DNA of 64,000 nucleotides from Octopus vulgaris (lineage: Eukaryota). Position numbers and translations under genes: made by a program. The stretch lies in contig OX597820.1 in assembly GCA_951406725.2 (NCBI GenBank), positions 115,816,001-115,880,000 on the forward strand, given 5' to 3'. Of this stretch, positions 1-11,700 are shown piece after piece. Numbering within the stretch: the stretch's first letter is position 1; each line of letters opens with the position of its first letter. The notes beneath the pieces are model-generated. The model was given only the letters and a program-made list of their open reading frames with translations. It ran no database searches and was not told the origin of the DNA.

Positions 1-432
1 AAGGTAACTGAGAAAACCAGGGAGTGTAGTATGTACCTATTCTGTTCTCAGGTGATTAAGGAAGTGATGAGTTAAGGGATGAAATGTGGGTGGTGGCAGA
101 AGAAGGTTGATGTTGATCTGTTAGAGATCTGTTTATTATTAGGCAGCATGGGTACTTCAGCTGTAGTTTGCAGGCAGGGGACATGCCAGTATCCGCAACA
201 GAAGTTTTGGCTCTCAAACATGCTACAAGGCAAGGCCTGTGTTTAGCAGTCTTTTACTAAGACATACTCTCAACCTAGAAATAGGTGCCATCTTTGGTAA
301 GGGGCATCGTATCTATATAGGGGTTAAGCAGTCTGATGGTAAATAACATGTCCAGAGAAAAATATTACTTTCATTCATTTATTTAAGATAATAATACTAT
401 TATTATTATTATTAATTTCAATATTATTGTAG

Positions 433-468
433 AACTTACTAAAAAGAAAACGCAAAAGCAACAGAAAG
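433..468 (+). CDS. Microexon type A1 (36 nt, phase 1-1; ELTKKKTQKQQK)
   Basis: ttgtag|AACTTACT...CAGAAAG|gtaaga; homologous to exons at 4014, 7016, 9943. Confidence 0.75.
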
Positions 469-3400
469 GTAAGAATTTTTAATGCTTTCTTTTATGAGTC
501 TCTCATTTTGACCCTCTGGCATTTAAACTGGCCAGATCCAGCCTCTCACTTCTATCCTACAATGTCAGTCTAAAAACAAACAATCACGTCGTTGAAATCT
601 TGAAGCTACGAGACAGTGCAAAGCATTACACTTGACAGAATCACCTGAATGGGTAGCTTCTCCCTTCCATAACTGCTTTTGGAAATTGGTCTCAAGAAAA
701 ATCTATTAAGATAATATAGAGTTTGGAGTTGCTGAAAGAAAGCAGGAGAAATGAACCATTCAAAAGAAGTCTTGTCACGATTGTCAGAAATAAGCCTATC
801 AAGTTTCTGCAAGTGTGTTTTAGATTCTGGTATCAATGTCAGATTATCCTATCAGAATAGGATAATCTGTAGCCACAGAGAGGAGGATATGCACATTCAC
901 CAAATCGTGACCCTTTAGTATTTAAACCAGCCATAATCGGTCAAAATATTTAACTTGTTTTATGTTCAGACCAGCCAGATCTGGCCTCTTGCACCTCCTC
1001 TACAATGTCATTTCAAAAATAAACACTGACATCATTGAAGTCTCAAAGCTATGGAGATAATGCGTGATGTAAAACAATGTGAATAAATAAACATTACATT
1101 TAACAGCATAATCAAATGCTAAAAGGTTAAAGCTATAATGCTACAGAGCTGATGCTTAATAAGGTCAGTAGGCCTTTGTAGTCCCATGTCTTTTGGAATG
1201 TAATAGAAAGTTGGAACCAGTTTGGCTTTATTATTTTGTAATTTACGTCAGATATTTGTCAGTCTCATTCATAACCAATTGAAGCCATTGTGTCATAGTA
1301 ACAATTGTGTTAATTGGTTTTATGCTATGAATATGTTTTTTTTTCTTTCTTTCAGAAGCAACAACTCCTACACCAAAGACTGGGCAAACCAATGCTTTAA
1401 AAGGTAAACAATTTTGTTGTTGTTGTTAGATAATTTTAAATGTTAATGTTGCTTCTACATGTTGTGCCTAATTAGCACAAACGTCTTCGATGCAACGGCT
1501 TCCACACTTTAGTGTTTTCTTTGTTGTTTTTCCTTTATAGAAAGTGGGAAAAATAAGAAACATAATACCAGTGGAGGAAATGTGACAGATGGATCTACTG
1601 GAGAAGGTAGAATAATATTTAGCTACTGAAATATATATTGCTGCTTTAGAATTTTAATTTAATTTGCATTAAAAGAAAGCAAAACAAAAGTTCTAAGAAA
1701 TTGATGGCATCAGTAAACTACTTCTAATTCAAGCCCCGTTAATCAGGTTATCATCTCATTTGGTGCCTTAACCAGTTTGTTCTTATCTCATTTATGTTGG
1801 CTGTGTGGTAAGTAGCTTGCTTACCAACCATTTGGTTCCGGGTTCAGTCCCACTGCGTGGCACCTTGGGTCGACCAAAGCCTTGAGAGCGGATTTGGTAG
1901 ACGGAAACTGAAAGAAGCCTGTCGTATATATACATATATGTGTGTGTGTATATGTTTGTATGGCTGTTTGTCACCCCAACATTGCTTGTCAGCCAATGCT
2001 GGTGATTATGTCCCTGTAACTTAGCGGTTCAGCCTAAGAGACCGACTGAATAAGTACTAGGCTTACAAAGAATAAGTCCTGAGGTCTAAAGGTGGTGCTC
2101 CAGCATGGCCACAGTCAAATGACTGGAACAAGTAAAAGAATAAAAATCCACCCTCACTCCAGAACCAATTCTATTCCTCCTCATCTTCCTCCAGCCCTCT
2201 GCTCTTTCCCCTCTCCTATACTCAATCCTTAACACCTCCAGTCCTCTGTATCACTTCACCTATATTCCCTCCTGCTCTGTACCTTGAGGGTGTGTCCTAA
2301 TACACATCCATCACTCTCTCTATCTTTCTCTTAGCCTTTCTCTCTCTCCCTGCTTCTCCAACTGGGCTGTCCTTGTAGATATGTGCCTTGTAACAAGGCA
2401 CCTATTTCTGTTTCCCTCTGTTATTCTTTTAACTTCTCATCAACTGGCACAAAGCTACCTCCCTCAATATTGCTCCCACCCCCCACCCACAGTCGAGGGA
2501 ACTTTGTTTTGTCTTGCAAGATTTTTTGGTGACCTTGCTGGGTACCACATAAAAAACATCTAGAACTCTTTGTAAAATGTTTGGTATTAGGAAGGGCATC
2601 CAACCATAGAAACCATGTCTAAACAGACAATTGGAGCTTGATGCAGGCTTTTGACTTGCCAGCCTTTGTCAAACTGTCTGACCTGTGCCAGCAAGGAAAA
2701 TGGTGTTGATGACGATGTCCTGAGAAATATCAGACCAAGAACGGTTGGTTAAATTCTGTTATGACATCTTAAGGTACAAATAAAATTGAGGATTGATGAG
2801 AAAACTCACTAAAGACACCTTAGATATTCACTTGGGGCTAAACTGTATAACGTGTTTATTTTGTATAAAGAATACAACATATTAACCCTTTTGTTACCAA
2901 CCCAGCTGAAACCACCTCTGGCTCTGTTGTACAAATGTCTTGTTTTCATAAGTTTTGAATTAAAATCTTCCACCAAACTTTAGTCACAATTTATATTCCT
3001 AACACTAGCTGAATGATAACTAAGTTATTTCACTAAATTCTTTGTTATATTTAGAATTAATTGAAAGAAACACAGAACATTTCAACAGAAATACAGTAAC
3101 AAAAGGGTTAAGATCCACTGAAATTCTTAGCCATGCGATCTCCTTTCTGCTGCTCTGGGAATATTTATCAACAAACTGTATAGTGTGGGAAAAAAGCATT
3201 CATCGTCATCATCATGTCACTTCTACATGTGTGTCTGATTAGCACAAGCATCTTTGTTTTCTTTTGTTGTTTTTGCTTTATAGAAAATGGGAAAAATAAG
3301 AAACATAATAGCAGTGGAGGAAATGTGACACACACGGCAGTTTCATGTTTTTTTTTGTGTGTGCAAATTTGTGTATGTGGTGCTCCCTAGCAGATTACTA

Positions 3401-6400
3401 ACGCAAGGGAGGATAATCATTCCTTCAACGTCTTTGGCGGAATTAGAAGATGGAATCAGAAAGTTAGCATTAAGGAAAATGATGCTTTGGATCTGCATAT
3501 TTATTTGATTTGTTGGTTTCTTGATGTGAAATAATGTTCATATGAGTTGTTAGAATGTTTCTGAATTGCTTGTTGTCATTGTTCCATTCAGCAGAAATAC
3601 ACTTGTTGCTAACAATCATTGTAGACTCAGTCAGTCAACAAATAAACTTCACGAGGTTTTGCAATGTTGTGAGAGAACATCCCTGTTATTATTTTTTATT
3701 TTTTTATTAGCGTTCAACTCAATCACTTTGCCTGCATCAAATGGAATTTGGCAAGATCTGCTACCAAGATCCCATTCCATTATTTCTTTTGTTTGAGCCT
3801 GGTGCAGCCTACTGGCTTGCCAGTCCCCAATCAAACTGTCCAACCCATGCCAACATGGAAAACGGACGTTAAACAATGATGACGATAATGATTTTCTTAT
3901 GCAATCCCATACTGTGTCATCCTGTACCTTCCTAGAACTTTTTTGTCAGTCATTGTGATTATTATTGTTATCATTATTGTTGTTATTATGATTTAATTTC
4001 AATATCATTGTAGAACCTGTTAAAAAGAAGACAAAACACAAGCAACCGAAAGGTAAGCTTTTCTTCTCCGTCGAATTTCTTATCCTTTCATATTCATAAT
4101 TGCTTTTGAAAATTAACTTCATCTGATATTTGGGTCTCGGAATATATCTAACGAGTTCACAAATGGAGTTTGCTGCAGTTGCAGTGGAACAAGTGACTGA
4201 ATACATTAAAAGAATCAATTTTTATTAGTTAACTATTTGTCAGAAATGTGTTTGTGGAGGCACATGGCCTAGTGGTTAGAGCAGTGGACTCGCAGTCGAG
4301 GGATCGCGGGTTCGAATCTCAGACCGGGCGATGTGTGTGTTTATGAGCGAAACACCTAAGCTCCACGCGGCTCCGGCAGAAGGTAATGGCGAAACTTCTG
4401 CTGACTCTTTCGCCACAACTTTCTCTCACTCTTTCCTCCTGCATCTTGCAGCTCACCTGCGACGGACCAGCGTCCCATCCAGGTGGGGAACCTATATGCC
4501 CAGAAACCGGGAAACTGGCCCTTATGAGCCAGGCATGGTTCGAGAAGGAACAAACAACAAACAGAAATGTGTTTGCTTGCTTGCAGGTCGAGAGTGCCAG
4601 TATTTCTGGATCCAGTTGGCAATTAGTTTGCTGAAAGCTGCATATAATAAGTAGACAACACCAAACAAACATGTAAACAGGATTTGTTATACCACACTTG
4701 GCATAAAAAAGATGTTCACACGTCATCATATATATATTTAGAATCAGCAAGATGAAAATAGTTTAATACATGCTAAAAACTGCCTATCCAAAATTTAACA
4801 CTGGGACTGGTTCTGGGTTTAACATAATGAATGTGTGTGTGTGTGGTGTCATGTCTGAAAGGAGTGTGTTCATAATGTACTCAAGAACATGCTGAATTTG
4901 GTGCTGAAAAGGGCTATTTATAAGTTATGTTTGACCCTTTCGTTACCAACCCGGCTGAAACTGGCTCTGGCTCTGAGTATAAATGTCTTGTTTTCATAAG
5001 TGTTGAATTAAAATCTCCCACCAAACCTTAGTCACAATTTATGTTCCTAACACTAGCTTAATGATAACTAAGTTATTTTACTAAATTCTTTGTTATATTT
5101 AAAATTAATTGAAAGAAACAGAGAATCTCAAAATAAATACATTAACGAAAGGGATAAGGAAACTTCTAGAGCAATCTGGAGAAGCCGTCTTGTGGACACT
5201 GGCCACCGGTAGGGCAATAGCTTGGCTGCACACCTGATCAAGCCATTGCTGTGTCGTGACATGAAAGTCATAATATGGCAATGCAAGTTCACATCCTGCT
5301 ACCAGTTCATCTACAATTTGTGAGAGATTGTTTTAGATTTTGTTAGCTGAATGTTTTAGGATTCCATGTAAAAGAAGAATATTTATGTGCTCAAAGGTGC
5401 TGGCCACAGCAGCATCTTTAAAGCTCCATTGCAACAGCATTGAGGCTTAGTAAGCAGTGATTGGTGAGCATTTTGTAAAATATTTATTTCTTTACTACCC
5501 ACAAGGGGCTAAACACAGAGGGGACAAACAAGGACAGACAAAGGGATTAAGTCGATTACATCAACCCAGTGTGAAACTGGTACTTTATTTATCGACCCTG
5601 AGATAATGAAAGGCAAAGTCGACCTCGGTGGAATTTGAACTCAGAATGTAACGACAGATGAAATACTGCTAAGCATTTCTGCCAGCTCGCTGCCTTTATA
5701 AAATATTGTCATCTCGTGTGCTGTGGATTGTAATGCAGTGTAGGAACAGATCCGACATATTTAGTTTGTAGGTGACCAAATTAGATATTTGTCTGGCTCT
5801 AGTTCTACTTGCTTGCTTGCAGATGGCTGAATCTAGTATTCCATGGCAATAATTGTGATAATTGGTGGTTTTTATGCTATAAATAAGTTTCTTTTCTGTT
5901 TCAGAAGAAACAACAACTACAGCAAAAGCTGGGCAAAACAATACCTCGTCAGCTTCAAAAGGTAAACAGTTTTATTTCTGTTAAATAACTTTAGATATTA
6001 ACATTTGAAGCATTTGTGTCTAAATAGCAGAAACATCTTTGGTATGACAATTTTCCATCTTTTATTTTTTCTTTGTAGAAAATGGTAAAAGAAGAAATCC
6101 AATAACAGCGGAGAAACTTTGCAAAACGGATCTGCTGGAGAAGGTAGAAAACTTATTGAAATATTTTGTTGCTGTTTTAGAATTTTGATTTAGAATACAA
6201 TTGCAGCATGTAAGGTGTTTGTACGCCATTTAAGAAACACACAAAAACCGTTCGATTCACTTCAACATTTAAGTTTAATTTGTCAAAATATTTTCGGCGC
6301 TTTAAGACCGCGACCTGTTCACTGTGCTATGCAAGTACATCTCCGATTTAGAATACATGAAAAGAAAAATATCAAATCAAAAACTCTAGATAAATTGTAG

Positions 6401-8672
6401 TTTTCTTTAAGATGGCCTTCAATTTGTATATCATTAAGTAAGAGCCAGCTCTGTCTGCAACATTTGACCTCTTGTTACTCTTTCTATATAAGGCAGTCCT
6501 CAATTTCTAGGACAAAGAACACTCCTCTTACGTGAGATTGATGGAATTATGTCACTTTCTGATGATATATTTGTAAGAGGCAGCTCGAAGGCAATATGTG
6601 AAGTATTAGATGGTATAGTTAGATAACTTGTCCAGTGAAATATGTTTTCCTTTAAAACAACAAAATAGCAAAGGCAGAGAGCTTCTTGCAAAAAGGAAAA
6701 GTTTAAAAAGTATTTCAGGTGAATGGAGTAAAGAAGTGTGAATATTTGCAGAACCATTCATGTTGATTGTTGAGTGCAGACTGGTTGGTACTGTATTGAC
6801 TCACATTTCTTGACTATGTTCACTACTGACAATGGGCCTTTACACCTGAAATATATGAAGTTTAATGAAGTTGTCCCTTTTAGCATTGTAAGAAGCTCTC
6901 TGCCTTCGTTATTTTGTTATTCTACTTCTTTATCATATTGCTCCAAGCTGGCCGTCCTACTCTTCTTTTTTAGTTTTGCTTATTTATAATATTCTTCATT
7001 TCAATATCATTGTAGAACCTGTTAAAAAGAAGAAAAAACACAAGCAACAGAAAGGTGAGATTGCTCTTCCATTTCTAATTTGATGTCTGGTACCTTAAAA
7101 GTTTGCATGTTTTTTCACACCTGTTGTGAGTTGGTATGGTTTGCTGCAGTTGATGGGAAAGATTTAAAAAGAAACAAAAAAACTCAAATTTTTGTTTGGT
7201 TACGATTATCAGAAGTGAGTTCATCATTTAACGTCCGCTTTCCATGCTAGCATGGGTTGGACGATTTGACTGAGGACTGGTGAACCAAATGGCTGCACCA
7301 GGCTCCAATCTGATCTGGCAGAGTTTCTACAGCTGGATGCTCTTCCTAACACCAACTATTCTGAGAGTGTAGTGGGTGCTTTTACGTGCCACTGGCATGA
7401 GGGCCAGTCAGGCGGTACTGGCAATGGCCATGCTCAAATGGTGTCTTTTACGTGCCACCTGCATAGGAGTCAGTCCAGTGGCACTGGCAACGACCTTGTT
7501 CGAATGTTATGTTCACATGCCACAGGCACAAGTGCCAGTAAGGTGACGCTGGTAACGATCACGCTCAAATGGTGCTTTTTACGTGCCATCAGCACGGAAG
7601 CCAAACAGCTGCTCTGGCAGTGATCCCGCTCGGATGGAGCTGTTTGCGCTCCACTGGCACGGGTGCCAGTCATTGAATTTGGTTCAATTTCAATTTCCCC
7701 ACATCTATAATTTCTGAGAAATAGTTTTAGATTTTCTTATCTAACTGTAATAGGATTTCATCTGAATATGGATCTTGCTCACAGCATATAAGAGAAGGAC
7801 CTGCACACTCCGCAAAATGCTAGCCCCGACATCTCTCAAACATTGCTGAGAATTAATAAGCAACAACTGATGAACATTCTGTAAATCATTATAGTCTTGT
7901 ATTTTGCACAAAATAATAGAAAGTTACAACAAATTTGTTTTACATATTTCATTTGTTGGTTACCGATGAAATACTGTCAGGTTATAATTCTACTCATTCA
8001 TAACAAACTGATGCCATTGTGCCATTGTGTTAATTGGTTTTATGCTATAAATATGTTTTTTTTCCCTTTCTTTCAGAAGAAACAACTCCTACACCAAAGA
8101 CTGGGCAAAACAATGCTTTAAAAGGTAAACAATTTTGTTGTTGTTGTTAGATAATTTTAAATGTTAATGTTGCTTCTACATGTTGTGCCTAATTAGCACA
8201 AACGTCTTCGATGCAACGGCTTCCACACTTTAGTATTTTCTTTGTTGTTTTTCCTTTATAGAAAGTGGGAAAAATAAGAAACATAATACCAGTGGAGGAA
8301 ATGTGACAGATGGATCTACTGAAATGTATATTGCTGCTTTAGAATTTTAATTAAGAGAAAAAATGCAGCAAAATGAAAGCTCTAAAAAGTTGCTAAAAGT
8401 TATCATTAAGCTAGTGTAGAATTTGAATACCTTCAAGTAAATTGTATTTGATCCATCTGTGGACTTTGTGTCAGCTATCAAATAGTCTTTGATTCATTAT
8501 GAAATGGTCCAAAGCATTCTCTTATTTGATTTAATCATTTGCCTCTCCGCCAAATTTTCATTTTAATCCTTCTTTCACTTTTCTGTGCTAATGTGTGTGT
8601 GTGTGTGTGTGTGTGCATCACAATATTGTCGCAAGATTTAGTTTTTTTCTCATCTCATCTTTACACAAGGTA

Positions 8673-8711
<39 letters not shown>

Positions 8712-11700
8712 GTTCTAGAGGGAGCTTTTTGGGAATATTTATAAACAAATTTTTTAATGTGTAAAACTGTTAACCTTCAGTCTTCGTTTTACATATTACA
8801 AACATATTTCTAATGTAATTTTCACATATGTATTATAAGCTGGTGGTGAGGGACACAAAAACTAAGGAAGCGTGATGACTAGATCTGATGGCTTCTTCTC
8901 TGTCACCTCTTCAGCTCCCTGTGGAACTTTTGACCCATCAACATGTCTTTGATTTCTTTCTTTTTGTCCTCCACAATCTTCAGGTACACTTCCCATTTTG
9001 TTTCAAAGGTTGCTGAGAGCGTTCTCAGCTTTACCCGTTCCTAGAAGATTAGGATCTTTAAGGATCATTAAACACTGAGTTCTAATCCTGTACCCTGATA
9101 CGAGAAGGTGCTCCAGCCTCTCCAGTAGTGCTTTAATCTGTGAATGTCCTCACTCTTCCTTTACTCTAAATAAATGGACATCTTTTGCTTTCTGTGGTTT
9201 TCTTAGCAAGAAATGTTTCTCTGCTGTAGATCTGCTAATTCTATGAAGAAACCCCAACCTAAAGGATTTGGCTTGTGTTTAGCAGTCTTTTAATATTATG
9301 CCCACAAACAAGTTGTTGGTGTTATTTTTTTAAATGTCTGAGAGAGCAGCATACCCAGATGTGGAGATTCTGATGGCATTGGTTCTAAACTTGTTCAGTG
9401 AATGTCCATTTTCCCTCCTGACATGTGTTGGTCTGACAGGAGCCAACAAGCCAGAGGACTGCACCAAGCTCCAATGTCTGTTTTTGCATCGTTTCTACAG
9501 CTGGATCCCTTCCTAACGCCAACCACTTCCCAGAATGTACTGAGTGCGATCACCAAGTACTGAGTGAGATCACCAAGTAATTTCCAGGACAAGATCCTCC
9601 TTCAACTGAGGGAGGAGTAAATTTGAGGGATATGGCTTTATGCCAGAAGGTGAGAGGTGTGCCTGAAATGCCATCATTTACAGGACATTAACCACCAGTG
9701 TTGTTTCTTTCTTTAAACCTTTCCATTGCAATTAATGGTTTTTGTTACAGTTAATTTTGAAAATAGGAAAAATTTGTCACGGGATTGTCAATGGAGTTCC
9801 AACCAACCATAGGTTGGTCAAAGGATCATGACAATGAGAGATTAAAGTCTGAGAGAGGGACAGGAAGCTGGTGTTTTGCTATAGGGAAGTGTATTGTTTT
9901 ATAATTGTTTATTATTATATTTGAATTTCAATATCATTGTAGAGCCTGCCAACAAGAAGAAAAAACACCAAAAAGGTAGGGTTTTATTCTTCTTAAATTC
10001 TATCCTCTTTCATGATTCTGTCATTCAATTAGCATATTAAAGTTATATGTGGGTTTTTTTGTTTTCATGTTTACTTTTTTGTTCTTTTGGATATTAGCTC
10101 AACCGATATTTTGGTCTCAAAAAACAAATCTAATGAATTCAATATTGGTTTGCTACAGCTGAAGGGAAAAAATGAGATTCAACATTTGTTTGGTTACCAT
10201 TGTCAGAAATGAGTTCATCTTCAGTTTCTGAAAAGTTGTTTCAGATTTTGATTTCTGAATGTAAGAGAAATTCCATCTGAATATGGTAACAGGCACTGAG
10301 AGAAGGAGATGCACACTCACCAAGATATTGGCCTCAGCAGCATCTTTAAAGCTCCATTGCAACAGCACCGATGCTTAGTAAGCAGTGATTGGTGAGCATT
10401 TTGTAAAATATTGTCATCTCGTGTGCTGTGGATTGTAATGCAGTGTAGGAACAGATCCGACATATTTAGTTTGTAGGTGACCAAATTAGATATTTGTCTG
10501 GCTCTAGTTCTACTTGCTTGCTTACAGATGGCTGAATCTAGTATTCCATGGCAATAATTGTGATAATTGGTGGTTTTTATGCTATAAATAAGTTTCTTTT
10601 CTGTTTCAGAAGAAACAACAACTACAGCAAAAGCTGGGCAAAACAATACTTCGTCAGCTTCAAAAGGTAAACAGTTTTATTTCTGTTAAATAACTTTAGA
10701 TATTAACATTTGAAGCATTTGTGTCTAAATAGCAGAAACATCTTTGGTATGACAATTTTCCATCTTTTATTTTTTCTTTGTAGAAAATGGTAAAAAGAAG
10801 AAATCCAATAACAGCGGAGAAACTTTGCAAAACGGATCTGCTGGAGAAGGTAGAAAACTTATTGAAATATTTTGTTGCTGTTTTAGAATTTTGATTTAGA
10901 ATACAATTGCAGCATGGAAGGTGTTTGTAAGTCATTTAAGAAACGCACAAAAACCGTTCGATTCACTTTAACATTTAAGTTTAATTTGTCAAAATATTTT
11001 CGGCGCTTTAAGACCGCGACCTGTTCACTGTGCTATGCAAGTACATCTCCGATTTAGAATACATTAAAAGAAAAATATCAAATCAAAAGCTTTAATAAAT
11101 GAATGAAGTTATTGTTAAGGTAGCCTTTAATTAGTGTCAAATAATCACTGATCTGTCACCAAACACTACAAGTTATCATCTCATTTGATGTGTCCTTGAA
11201 TAGTTTCTGTATCTACAAAATTTAATGTTCATCCTGGGTCGTCAAGTTGCATGGAATTGATTGCCTTAGAAACAGCAAAGTATTTTATTGGGACTTTTGC
11301 CACTTATCGCTTTGTATGCGGTTGAGTATACCTCATACTGCTTCTGTGTTTAGTGAAGCTACTAATGGGTAGGTCAGATTTTCTAACTCTTCCACTGCTA
11401 AAAACAAAGAAACATTAATTATGCAGGGTTCTTAATTTCCGTTCCCAAAGATTTCTTAAATAGTTTGAAGGATAATTCTTCTTCCTCTATTTAGTGTCAG
11501 ACAAAAGTTACTAATCTGTTTTCCGTTAGTAAAAAAGCTAGATTTATTTAGATAACTTATTTTACAACTAAGTATGCGGCCCTTGTTATATTTTCCTTTC
11601 ATTCAGAGGAAACAATGAATCAAAAAAACCAAGAAATATTTCAGACCATTTTCAATGTTATCAACCTGATGAGATTTGTGCCTAACGATCCTAAGCATCT

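Larger units (their letters stand above)
1262..1700 (+). repeat. Intragenic segmental duplication, copy 1 (near-identical to ~7990-8400)
   Basis: B exon, B-C intron and C exon nearly identical between copies. Confidence 0.9.
5390..6400 (+). repeat. Intragenic segmental duplication, copy 1 (near-identical to ~10325-11100)
   Basis: Spurious ORFs 5696..5941 and 10317..10646 translate identically over 81 aa; both copies carry B and C exons. Confidence 0.9.

Noticed and set aside
4256-4330. tRNA gene (also 34927, 38626, 61551)
   Set aside because: A/B boxes are present but there is no proper acceptor stem, and each continues into a shared SINE body
11666-11700. Hammerhead candidates at CTGATGA (11666 and 23980)
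   Set aside because: A stem II-like hairpin follows but there is no GAAA or stem III/UH
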